Below, in pieces: positions 30,502 to 39,865 of a DNA stretch of 64,000 nucleotides. The translations under genes were made by a program, and so were the position numbers. Origin of the DNA: Tortispora ganteri (Eukaryota); the NCBI GenBank assembly GCA_003707115.1, contig PPNB01000009.1:186001-250000 (forward strand), in the 5' to 3' direction. Under the pieces are notes generated by a model that saw only the letters and a list, made by a program, of their open reading frames with translations, was not told where the DNA came from and did not search any database. The first letter of the stretch is position 1, and every line of letters begins with the position of its first letter.

Positions 30502-31680
30502 ATGACACCTAAATGTACCATTCAGTCTACCTGGCTAGACGTAATTCATGATGTAGAATCGAATAAATCAGCGAACGATAAATTTTTTGTTTCCTGCTTC
30601 AATGGCGCTAGATCAGTGCATGGATACATTGATGTATTCAAGGATAGCAACAACCAGCTGATTATGAATGCTCTCGACGAAATATCAGTTGCCAGAACAT
30701 CTTCTCTCTCTTTTGAAGTCACGTGCGATTCGCTTTCGATAGACAAGATGCCTCTCAAAACTCCATCAAAGTTACTGTGTCCTTTCTCTCGTGATCTTAT
30801 TACTTTTGATATCAACCTAAACCAATCACTTTACGTGGTCGGCTCAATAGAAGGTAATCTAACAGTTCACCCTGTAAATAAAGGCTCAATATTTCCTAGA
30901 TCTTTGAAAGGACATTTAGGTCCTATCACGAGCTCTAAGTTCTTTCCTTCTGGTGAAGTTATCCTTTCGTCTTCTACAGATATGACCTTAAAAATATGGA
31001 GTGCCATTGACGGCTCTAATCCTAGAACATTCTCTACGCAATCCCCTATAATTGATACATCGATAATTGGTAAAGGCAGAAATATACTAGCTGGGCTAAA
31101 AAATGGATCCATCCAGATGTGGGAAACAGGTTCCTCATCTTTAATACGCTCCTTTAATAACTCCTTATCTGCAAGTGATTCAGTCACAACTCTCGCGTTG
31201 GCTTCTGGTTTCCATTCTGAGGCTAGCGGTTCTGAATATGATTTCGAAAATGAAGACAAGCTCATTTTAGCCGGCTTCCAAAGCGGTTCGGTTTCTGCTT
31301 ATGATCCTAGAGACCCTTCGCGACAATGCTTTAATATACACGCCAATGCTTCAATAAAATCACTGGCAACTAATGATTCAGTATTGGCTTATAGTACAAA
31401 TTTGAGTCCGAATTTGTATATACATGACATCCGGAACCCCGAAGTTCCCGTTAAAGAAATACAATATGGGGATATATCCACAATTGCTTTCTCTGGAGAT
31501 GTGGTGGCAATCGCTGGATCAGAAGGTATTCCAGTCTCTTTCTCGTTAAAATCTCCTGATACAGTCACGTCCTACTCAGGGTACGATTCAGATCCCGTGA
31601 TGCAAGTCAAGTTTTCAGCGGACTGTAAGAAGTTATACGTTTCTTGCAGAACAGCTGGGTTACATGTATACCAGGTATAA
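30502..31680 (+). CDS. RPN14: WD40 proteasome assembly chaperone (Rpn14/PAAF1)
   Basis: TIQSTWLDV N-terminus, FFPSGEVILSSSTDMTLKIWSAIDGSNPRTF, IIGKGRNIL. Confidence 0.88.
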   Translation: MTPKCTIQSTWLDVIHDVESNKSANDKFFVSCFNGARSVHGYIDVFKDSNNQLIMNALDEISVARTSSLSFEVTCDSLSIDKMPLKTPSKLLCPFSRDLITFDINLNQSLYVVGSIEGNLTVHPVNKGSIFPRSLKGHLGPITSSKFFPSGEVILSSSTDMTLKIWSAIDGSNPRTFSTQSPIIDTSIIGKGRNILAGLKNGSIQMWETGSSSLIRSFNNSLSASDSVTTLALASGFHSEASGSEYDFENEDKLILAGFQSGSVSAYDPRDPSRQCFNIHANASIKSLATNDSVLAYSTNLSPNLYIHDIRNPEVPVKEIQYGDISTIAFSGDVVAIAGSEGIPVSFSLKSPDTVTSYSGYDSDPVMQVKFSADCKKLYVSCRTAGLHVYQV

Positions 31681-31696
31681 AGATGATAGGGAGCTA

Positions 31697-32881
31697 TCAG
31701 CTCTTTAGTCTCTTTGCTCCTGTTTGGCCATCCTCTTCACGGGGGTGTTGTGAGTTTTTCCTCACTTCTGCCCGTTTGTTCCAAGCCTCACGTATAGATT
31801 TTTCCGCTGCTAGCAAATCTTCCTGAGTGACATTATCTTTGATGCTTTCGAAAGTGCTCTTAGCTATGTCAATGAAGTTTGGTTTGCTTTTATCATCACG
31901 GAATCTTAAGAATCTCCATTGTCCGAGTGTTGCTTCCCAATAGCACTCGACCACTCGTCTATTCAAAGGTTCTTTAAGAGATTTGAGCTCTTCCCATTCT
32001 TGATCCGATAGATGCATCTCGCCAAAAACTTCATAAGGTTTTTCGCTTGACGATGTCCATACGGATAAAGTGCATGCTGGTTTGGAATCATAGTCGGTGT
32101 ATTGAGCGGTAGTTTCTGAATCAACGTAAGTCGGGAAAGTTATGGTTAACAGGAAATCAATTGAGTTTTCTTTCTCAGGTTTCCATTTAAGGATTTTTGG
32201 ATCTGTACCGAACTGATATGGAGTCTCACGGCATGTAAATATAAGACCATCCGTTTCATGGCGCAGAGTAGGCATAACGATATTGAACATTTTCTCTAAC
32301 GAGTACGCTGGCGACATATGCTTCATTTCAACCTTGAAAGCGAATTGTGCAGTATCCTCTGGAAATTTGTCGCACAGAGTTCGGAAAGGTTCATAGATGA
32401 AATTCTGCAAATAACCTAGGCGAGAGTCAAGAGTTCTATTGCACAAATTCTTGCTCTGACATACTAAGCAGTCAAACATGAGAAATACGGTTTCTCTTGA
32501 GCCATCTGGTTTTCGATCATATACTAATTCACCGTCTATTAGGGTATTTATATGTGAGTCGTTAAAATTTGTAATAGATGCTGGGAAATGAATGGCATTT
32601 TGGAGTCCATAATAATCATTAGAACGGGTAATGAGATATATTACTTCAGATCCTTCAATTTGTGTAATAAACAAAAGCAAACGCACACCATTAGTCTTTT
32701 CACATACATAATAATCGTAAGAACATAGTTCGTCTTTTATATGATGGCTAGCGAAAGATACCGGTTGTGCACCAGGAAAATCGTAAGACCTACGGTCAAG
32801 AAGTTGCGAAATACTCCTTTTTACCGGACCTGTAGTATCGCTAGACATTAGCAGTCCCGGAATAGTATCTGGAATAGACAT
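31697..32881 (-). CDS. CEG1: mRNA capping guanylyltransferase
   Basis: FPGAQPVSF, motif I VCEKTNGVR, TLIDGELV, TDGLIFT, LKWKP, WRFLRFRDDK. Confidence 0.96.
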   Translation of the reverse strand: MSIPDTIPGLLMSSDTTGPVKRSISQLLDRRSYDFPGAQPVSFASHHIKDELCSYDYYVCEKTNGVRLLLFITQIEGSEVIYLITRSNDYYGLQNAIHFPASITNFNDSHINTLIDGELVYDRKPDGSRETVFLMFDCLVCQSKNLCNRTLDSRLGYLQNFIYEPFRTLCDKFPEDTAQFAFKVEMKHMSPAYSLEKMFNIVMPTLRHETDGLIFTCRETPYQFGTDPKILKWKPEKENSIDFLLTITFPTYVDSETTAQYTDYDSKPACTLSVWTSSSEKPYEVFGEMHLSDQEWEELKSLKEPLNRRVVECYWEATLGQWRFLRFRDDKSKPNFIDIAKSTFESIKDNVTQEDLLAAEKSIREAWNKRAEVRKNSQHPREEDGQTGAKRLKS

Positions 32882-33093
32882 GATTTTTAAGCTGTCTTTT
32901 TTTATTAAGTTTTTTTTTTATCAGCGGGATTTGGTCTTTTTGTACGTATAACGAAGGTGGTATTATCGATACAGGCTTAGTTCCCTTGTACTGGATGTGG
33001 TAAACAGGCTAGAATGCGGCTTGACCTTTAAGTCCCAGCTTTCGAGAACAGCCATATACCGGTCAATTGAAGACTACTCTTTAATCAAAAAAA

Positions 33094-33373
33094 ATGGATA
33101 ACGTACCTAAGTATGACATATAATATTTAAAGATTAATTTGATCTGGTTTGCTAACTGTAAATAGAAGTGTAATACAGAAACTGACCTTCTTTACTGCAG
33201 CAATTTTGTTTGCTCCCTTGGGAGCCTACATGTTGGTACTTAAAATAACAGGTAGCAGCGTATTCGCAGGAATGTGGGCCGCTATAGTTGTCAATATCGT
33301 GCTTATTGCTTATGTAATAATGGCATTCAGAGAACCTGCTCCACCTGCTGTTGATTCAAAGAAAAATGACTAA
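33094..33373 (+). CDS. VMA21: V-ATPase assembly factor; spliced: exon 1 33094-33110, exon 2 33166-33373
   Basis: Spliced product MDNVPKSVIQKLTFFTAAILFAPL...AAIVVNIVLIAYVIMAFRE...KKND; two TMs and a dilysine ER-retrieval signal. Confidence 0.92.
33111..33165 (+). other. Spliceosomal intron (55 nt) in VMA21
   Basis: GTATGA donor, TGCTAAC branch point at 33150-33156, TAG acceptor; splicing restores the frame and the conserved N-terminus. Confidence 0.9.
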
Positions 33374-33532
33374 AACTTTTCATAATATCGCCCCCCACCT
33401 CCCGCTTAAATGTTTATATATTTTATGTGAGGTAATTTCTATTTAATTCTTCTAAATCTCTCCCACCACACTCATCGTCAATCTCACTTAATATAAAAAG
33501 AAAACCCTTCTTAATCGCTCTTCTTTACTTCA

Positions 33533-34393
33533 ATGTCCGTCCTAGATTCATATACTGTAATAAACGGTCTAGCCATATATTTCTCTCCCCCTGCTTCCTC
33601 TAATGATCCTTTGTTTGTCTTCATACATGGAGCTGGTTCTACCGCCCGAACGTTCGAACCTCTCTTAAGAAAGTTTGATACTTTATCGACCGCAGGCCTC
33701 CTTCTCTATGATCTAAGAGGACACGGTCAATCTGAAGAATTCTCTCAGTCAATCGATCTCTCTATTCCATCTCTTGCCGCAGATTTCCACATGGTCTTGG
33801 ATTCCGTGTCAAAGGAATACACTGGTACTCTGATATTAGTTGGTCATTCCTTAGGCGGTGCAATCGCCATAAACGTCGCAAACGATCTTTTACCTTCTGT
33901 TCTCGGTATAATTATAATCGATGCAATTGAAGTGCCTTCAGAACTTGCCCATATTGCCATGACTAAGTATCTCTCAACACGTCCTACTAAATTCGATTCT
34001 CTTCAAGACGCAATTAACTGGCATATCCGATCCGGTCTTCTTCATAATCGCGCTTCGGCTGAAATGTCCGTACCTCCGCTTTTAAATCAATTACCGTCTG
34101 GCGGATACGTATGGCGTACTCCTATTCAACTCACTGAAAAATACTGGCCTCAATGGTTCAACGATCTTTCTAATAAATTCTTGTCCGCTCGCACGGGCAA
34201 GATGCTAGTTATCTCCTCAATGGCCAAATTAGACAAAACCCTCATAATCGGTCAAATGCAAGGTAAATATCAACTGGTAAGTTTGCCTCATGCCGGTCAT
34301 TTTTTGCATGAAGATGTACCAGACAAATTTGTTTCATTATTGACTGAATTTTATAACCGAAATAAACGTCTTGTCCTGCCTGTGAAAAAATAA
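33533..34393 (+). CDS. PPE1: PP2A methylesterase (PME-1)
   Basis: HGAGS, DLRGHG, VGHSLGG, LDKTLIIGQMQGKYQL, GHFLHED. Confidence 0.93.
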   Translation: MSVLDSYTVINGLAIYFSPPASSNDPLFVFIHGAGSTARTFEPLLRKFDTLSTAGLLLYDLRGHGQSEEFSQSIDLSIPSLAADFHMVLDSVSKEYTGTLILVGHSLGGAIAINVANDLLPSVLGIIIIDAIEVPSELAHIAMTKYLSTRPTKFDSLQDAINWHIRSGLLHNRASAEMSVPPLLNQLPSGGYVWRTPIQLTEKYWPQWFNDLSNKFLSARTGKMLVISSMAKLDKTLIIGQMQGKYQLVSLPHAGHFLHEDVPDKFVSLLTEFYNRNKRLVLPVKK

Positions 34394-34492
34394 ATCATGT
34401 TCAGCACTTACAAATCTCCAAGCAAATTAGGCATCTGAGACAAGCACATATTTGATTTGTTTTATATCTGTAAACAAAATTTTCCTGACTCC

Positions 34493-36613
34493 TTATTCTT
34501 CATCAGAAGATATCACAATGCTTGTGCTTGGCATTTTATCCAGTGTTGATGCCAACACAAAACCATGATTATTCAATGCATTTTCTTTGTCCTTTTCATT
34601 TCCAACATCTTTAGTACTCTTTCTCCGTTTATTATCTCGTTTATCCGCTTGAAGTTTGGCGTATATCCGTTTGTTTCTGGTCTCTTCTACATCCTCATAA
34701 TTCTCTTCAGGAATGTGAATATTCTGGATTTTGATTTCCGGTGTAATACCGACTGGTATTATTCTTGACGCTTGTGAATATCTAAAGTTATTCCCTTGAG
34801 CAATTTGTTTTTGAATCCAGGTATAATTATCTTGCGATTTTTTCCATTTTTGCACTTCTTTGTCCGTAAGGAGCATGACAATATTACCAGCTTGCTTCCG
34901 TCCGGTTCGGCCCAATCTTTGCAAAGTTCGAATTGGACTTGCATCTGTATCATAGCAGATGATCATGTCTACTTCTCCTATATCAAGACCTTCTTCTCCA
35001 ACAGATGTGGCAACCAAAGTGTTGTATAGACCATCTTTAAACTCTTTAATAACTTCATTCTGCCTCTTTTGCGTCATTCCACCTCCACCTGAATCAACAC
35101 CTGCTAGGTCCTTGACCACCTTTTGTCCAATGAATACGTGAGGGTTTGCAAGCTTGCTTTTGTTCTGCAACACCTTGACAATTTCATTGGCGGATGATCT
35201 GAACGAGCTAAATATTATAATGCGACTGTGGGGATTCAGAGCAAAGAAGTCATCCACTTTCTGCACCAATGCGATTAGCTTTCTATGTCCAAACATTTTG
35301 TTTTCTTTTATGAAAGTTTCGGCTTTGTGGAAAGCATTCTGAATTGCCTGGTTCCTATAGACTATTTTTTCGCCCTGGTTCAAATTAGTGCTCTTTAAGC
35401 TGTCAAACAAATTCTTAAGATATGCGTAGAAAGGCCCAATACCATGAAATGTGATCAATGTTTGAGCATAAGCAATTTTGTTTAGTGCCGCAAAAAGCTG
35501 CCTTTGTTTGTTAAATTCCGGGCCTTTTCTTGCAGTTGCATAGAATTTTTTACTGCTCTGTCGAAGTGTATATGCAGACAATGACTTCACATCACCGGTG
35601 AATAGGCCATTTCGTCTCAAGTCACTCAGTCCAAAATCGAGACCTGTGTCAAATAAAGCAGAGATGCTTTCGTAGTCAGGAATTGATGGAATTTCAGAAT
35701 CAACTTTTATTTCCTCGATATCTTTGCGGTGAATGTATCGAGCAATATCGATATTAGTCTCTGTTCGCATGTCGATAGCGCTGATATTCAGATTGTCAAT
35801 AACAGTCTGGACTGATTCTATTGTAGATCCAGGCGTTGCTGTTAATGCCATTATTCTCACGCTTGGGTTAACATCCAATATCTGTCGTACTGCTTTGGTA
35901 GCTGCATGCCCTCCTGTTGCATGATGTGCTTCATCAACAATTACACAGACGAATGATTTAGGATCTATGATTCCACGCTTGATATCATTATCCAGAATGT
36001 GTGGAGTCATAAAAAGAACTCTCACTGATTTATATAATTCTTCTCTGAAGGTAATTGACTTTGTTCCGCCAATCAGTACACCAGTATCTTTTCTAGGCAA
36101 GCCCACGATCCTGTAACATGCCTCAGCCTGTTGCAAGACTAACGGACGTGTGGGCGCTAGGAATACAATTTTCGTTTCTTCTGTCCAACGATACCAGTTT
36201 AGCATCATAACACTAGCAATGAATGTTTTGCCCAATCCGGTCGGTAACGCGCATAATAAGTTGTGAAATATAGATTTCTTAATGATTGAATACTGATAAT
36301 TCCTTTGTGGCATATTGTCCGGATATATTAAAGTCTTACACGCTTCAATATTAATTTTATGATGCGTTGGTGCCGTATCCGGTTCGCGAGAGCTTTGTGA
36401 AGATCCAAAACTGCCAAAGGTCAATTGAATAGACCGATTGATCGAGTTACTGTTAGGTCGTGACCCTACGGGTTTTTGTGATTGTATCTCGCTTCTAGGA
36501 GTAGATGTAAATACTTGATCAGGTCGATCATTTTTAGTGCCATCTGAAAATCCAATGATATCATTATATGAAATATCACCTAAGTCGTCTAGATCATCGA
36601 AATCATCGGACAT
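34493..36613 (-). CDS. MPH1: FANCM-family DEAH helicase
   Basis: RNYQY, ALPTGLGKT, APTRPLV, VDEAH, ALTATPG, ATSVGEEGLDIGEVD, QRLGRTGRK. Confidence 0.95.
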   Translation of the reverse strand: MSDDFDDLDDLGDISYNDIIGFSDGTKNDRPDQVFTSTPRSEIQSQKPVGSRPNSNSINRSIQLTFGSFGSSQSSREPDTAPTHHKINIEACKTLIYPDNMPQRNYQYSIIKKSIFHNLLCALPTGLGKTFIASVMMLNWYRWTEETKIVFLAPTRPLVLQQAEACYRIVGLPRKDTGVLIGGTKSITFREELYKSVRVLFMTPHILDNDIKRGIIDPKSFVCVIVDEAHHATGGHAATKAVRQILDVNPSVRIMALTATPGSTIESVQTVIDNLNISAIDMRTETNIDIARYIHRKDIEEIKVDSEIPSIPDYESISALFDTGLDFGLSDLRRNGLFTGDVKSLSAYTLRQSSKKFYATARKGPEFNKQRQLFAALNKIAYAQTLITFHGIGPFYAYLKNLFDSLKSTNLNQGEKIVYRNQAIQNAFHKAETFIKENKMFGHRKLIALVQKVDDFFALNPHSRIIIFSSFRSSANEIVKVLQNKSKLANPHVFIGQKVVKDLAGVDSGGGGMTQKRQNEVIKEFKDGLYNTLVATSVGEEGLDIGEVDMIICYDTDASPIRTLQRLGRTGRKQAGNIVMLLTDKEVQKWKKSQDNYTWIQKQIAQGNNFRYSQASRIIPVGITPEIKIQNIHIPEENYEDVEETRNKRIYAKLQADKRDNKRRKSTKDVGNEKDKENALNNHGFVLASTLDKMPSTSIVISSDEE

Positions 36614-36897
36614 TGCTCTTGTCGACAGTTAAGATTTAGTATATATTCAATATATATACTATGAATAATCTATAAACACAGAAAGCAGCGGAACTTATCA
36701 AAATTCGATTAGATCAGCATACTACATAAATAAAAAAAAACACACACAAAATATTGATATATAAAAAAGGAAGGGAACTGTGGCTATATTGTATGCCTCA
36801 AGTTGCACCGTAAACGCAGCACGAGTGCAAGTTTTTAGTAAATTTCCTGAGCTTTCCTGTCTTAATTACAATTTTGACTCTTTCACATTCATGAAAT

Positions 36898-38133
36898 CTA
36901 GTGATAACTAGGATCATTGGAATCAGGATATGATGATCTCTGGTTTTCCGTAAAAGTGGGCAGATCAGATCCAGGTGGCCCAGATAACGGTTGTTGCATG
37001 TTGTTTCCCGGGTATTCACGATCAGGACCTGGATATGGCCTACCATGATTATGAAAAGGCCGAGGTCCTCTTCCTCCTCGACCTCTATTGGGGCGGAAGT
37101 TGCCGCGACCTCCTCCACCGCGTCCCATGTACGAATCACGGTCACGGCCATAATTTCTAATAGGTCCGCCAGGCCCTCCAGGCCCACCAGGTCGACGCTG
37201 ACCGTATCCATCATCCCGACCACCACCATTGATTGGTGGTGGTGGTGGATCGCGTGGATCATATCGAGAACGTGGGCGTTGCATTCTTCCTTGACCATCA
37301 TAGTCACGATAAGGGTAAGGCTGGTAAGAACCATACGAGCTATAAGAACCATAATGACCACCACGACCATCTCTTCGTCGGAAATTATTGTTTTTCTTTT
37401 TCTTAGGATTAGCTTTCTGCACAATGAGTGTTTGACCATCGAGTACTTTACCGTTCATTTCGGAGGCAGCGGTTTCCACGACATCTTCCTCATCGAATGC
37501 AACAAATCCATAGCCCTTACTGGCTCCGGTACTACGAGATGTGATAATTTCACATCTAGTCAATATTCCATATGGTTCAAACCATTCTCGTAATTTGTCT
37601 GAGTCGATAGTATTATCAAGTCCAGAAATGTGAAGCGTTCGCTTAACTTCGGCTTCTTTAGCAGCAGCATCATCTTCCTCGTTTATTTGAGCTGATTCCG
37701 TTCGATCTTGTCCCATAGAGACATCATTAGTATTAGTATTGTTGTTCTCAAATGCAACATAATCAGGAGCAGAAGATTGGTTCACCTCAGCATCGCCTTT
37801 CTGTTGTGTTGGCTCAGAAATGTCTTCAGAGCGATCGTTTTTTTCGTCTATCTCCAACGACTGTGTATCAGGCTGTTCCTGTAAGGTTTCTGATTCAACA
37901 GGGATATTTTCTATTTCAGATTGCTCGTGGTCTGCAGATTGTTCTTCATTTTGGTCTTCAACATGCTCTTTTTGGTCAATATGTTCCTCTTGGGGCACAA
38001 TTTCAGTGCCGGTTTCACCGCCTTCTTCTGCCATCTCAGAAGATACCTCTTCTACCACCTGTGCGGCAGCATCAGATTCCATGTTCTCGCTTGCAGCTGA
38101 AGCACGTCTACTGGACCTTCGTCTAGGCGGCAT
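36898..38133 (-). CDS. Single-RRM RNA-binding protein with acidic N-terminus and RGG/RD-rich tail
   Basis: RNP2 LHISGL, RNP1 KGYGFVAF, RGG repeats; exact ortholog not recognised. Confidence 0.85.
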   Translation of the reverse strand: MPPRRRSSRRASAASENMESDAAAQVVEEVSSEMAEEGGETGTEIVPQEEHIDQKEHVEDQNEEQSADHEQSEIENIPVESETLQEQPDTQSLEIDEKNDRSEDISEPTQQKGDAEVNQSSAPDYVAFENNNTNTNDVSMGQDRTESAQINEEDDAAAKEAEVKRTLHISGLDNTIDSDKLREWFEPYGILTRCEIITSRSTGASKGYGFVAFDEEDVVETAASEMNGKVLDGQTLIVQKANPKKKKNNNFRRRDGRGGHYGSYSSYGSYQPYPYRDYDGQGRMQRPRSRYDPRDPPPPPINGGGRDDGYGQRRPGGPGGPGGPIRNYGRDRDSYMGRGGGGRGNFRPNRGRGGRGPRPFHNHGRPYPGPDREYPGNNMQQPLSGPPGSDLPTFTENQRSSYPDSNDPSYH

Positions 38134-38501
38134 AGTGACTGATTAGTAGTAATCACTTTCTTGAAGAAATCTACGAAAAGGGGTAGTAAACTTTTGTGTT
38201 TAACGAAATGGTAACTAAATTCTAGCACTGTTGCTATGCAACCATTTCTACCGATAATCGAAACCTGCTTCAAGTCTTAGTATAGGGCTTACTTATAGAA
38301 AAGGCTAGTTTACAAAAATATGCCACTGTTCCAGTATTATTTTTTTTCAAATATCTACGTTTAATTGTGTGATATTAAAATCCGTTCCAAAGAGCCTCAT
38401 TTAGAGATCGAGCCTGGAATGACGTGCACTAAATTATAAGGTTTCCTCTTTTGATTTTCTTCCCCACAATAACCTATAGGTCTTTTATAAGAGAACACGA
38501 A

Positions 38502-39638
38502 ATGACGTATGATGAGTCTAGTTTATCTTCGGAACTAGAATCTCTTGACTTGAGAGATACGGGCGAACTGGAAAAGGAGAAACTAATCGCTTTGAAGATT
38601 AGAAGCCGGAACCACTCAGCAGCACAGTCTATAGACACTGCGACTCTATCAGACTTAATTATATCAGCAACTGATTCCAATGACGATATTTTATATGAAG
38701 TGATCAGTATATGTGTCAATATTGTTATTCACAACTCTTCTTGCGCGAAGGAATGGTACGATTGGGATGCGTTTTGCAGATTAATAACAGTTTACAACGA
38801 TAAAGATGCTAAATTCGATCTTGTTACAGCGAGACTTTTGCTTCATTTAGTATACAATATTCCATCACTTCCTGATCATATAGTTGACCAACTATGCGTC
38901 GCTATTGCTCAAAAATTTTCTTTATGGTCTAAAAAAGTAACTGGATTTGTATCACAGTCAACAAAAAACAACATAATTGAAAGTTGTAAACTAGTTATCG
39001 CTCTTGGCCATAAATATAGCCGCGATTCTGAATTATGGATTGAGCTGTCTCAGTCGATAGTGACAACGCTTCTTCAAGTATCAGATATGGAACTTCTTGA
39101 TTCTTGTGTCAACCAGATGATCTTGACATTCTGTTACTTACCCCTAGTACCAACAGTATTCATTCCATCGAATGAACCTACAGCTGTGGTTGAGAGACTG
39201 CTTCACCAACTGGAACGTATAGTTGCATTAATGTATACTAAAAGTTGCGAAATGACTGAAATCGCTGATTCAACTGTTTCTGTTGTATTTACAACAGTAG
39301 CAAAGCTGTATGAGTTAAGTACTTCGATACCTTTTCGCAAATATATTACGGTTCGTCTAGCTCCGCCCACAAAACCTATCCAACGTGCTTCATACCCTTT
39401 ATCTATACTTTTAATGATTTGCTTAAAACAGCATCTGTTCTCACAAAATGCAGAAATAACCTATTTGGATTCTTTGTATCGTATATTTGACTGCGATACT
39501 GCTAAACTAATTTCACATGTTGGTTTAGGCCTTTCTGCTGGATATTTAGTCAATTCTGGAATCGGGATGCCAGCAGATCCTTACCTCAACTCCATCATTG
39601 ATCCGCCCGCATTACCCGCTAATTTGGCAACTCATTAG
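38502..39638 (+). CDS. Ric8/synembryn-like ARM-repeat protein (C-terminally short)
   Basis: First ATG at 38502; ALKIRSR near N-terminus, helical repeats, KLISHVGLGLSAGYLVNSGIGMP resembles the Ric8 VGYGxAxGFL motif. Confidence 0.65.
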   Translation: MTYDESSLSSELESLDLRDTGELEKEKLIALKIRSRNHSAAQSIDTATLSDLIISATDSNDDILYEVISICVNIVIHNSSCAKEWYDWDAFCRLITVYNDKDAKFDLVTARLLLHLVYNIPSLPDHIVDQLCVAIAQKFSLWSKKVTGFVSQSTKNNIIESCKLVIALGHKYSRDSELWIELSQSIVTTLLQVSDMELLDSCVNQMILTFCYLPLVPTVFIPSNEPTAVVERLLHQLERIVALMYTKSCEMTEIADSTVSVVFTTVAKLYELSTSIPFRKYITVRLAPPTKPIQRASYPLSILLMICLKQHLFSQNAEITYLDSLYRIFDCDTAKLISHVGLGLSAGYLVNSGIGMPADPYLNSIIDPPALPANLATH

Positions 39639-39865
39639 CACTCTTCAAAGGTGTTTTTATTATTTATTATTTGGCTCTTGTAATTTAATGATTATTTCTG
39701 TTTATTATGAGTCATTTTGGTTTGAAAAGGTCCTCAAAACGAAACTACAATTTGTCTGGCACAGAAAATAAACTTTACCCCACTAGTCAGAAACCGACAT
39801 TCTCCTGTAGTAACATTATTCTTCATCAGTCTACTCTTTATAATACATGATTTGTTTATATTCAA

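Noticed and set aside
9225..32881. Idea that the triphosphatase fusion and CEG1 form a split capping-enzyme cluster
   Set aside because: They are about 21 kb and a dozen unrelated genes apart, so proximity is not evidence of linkage
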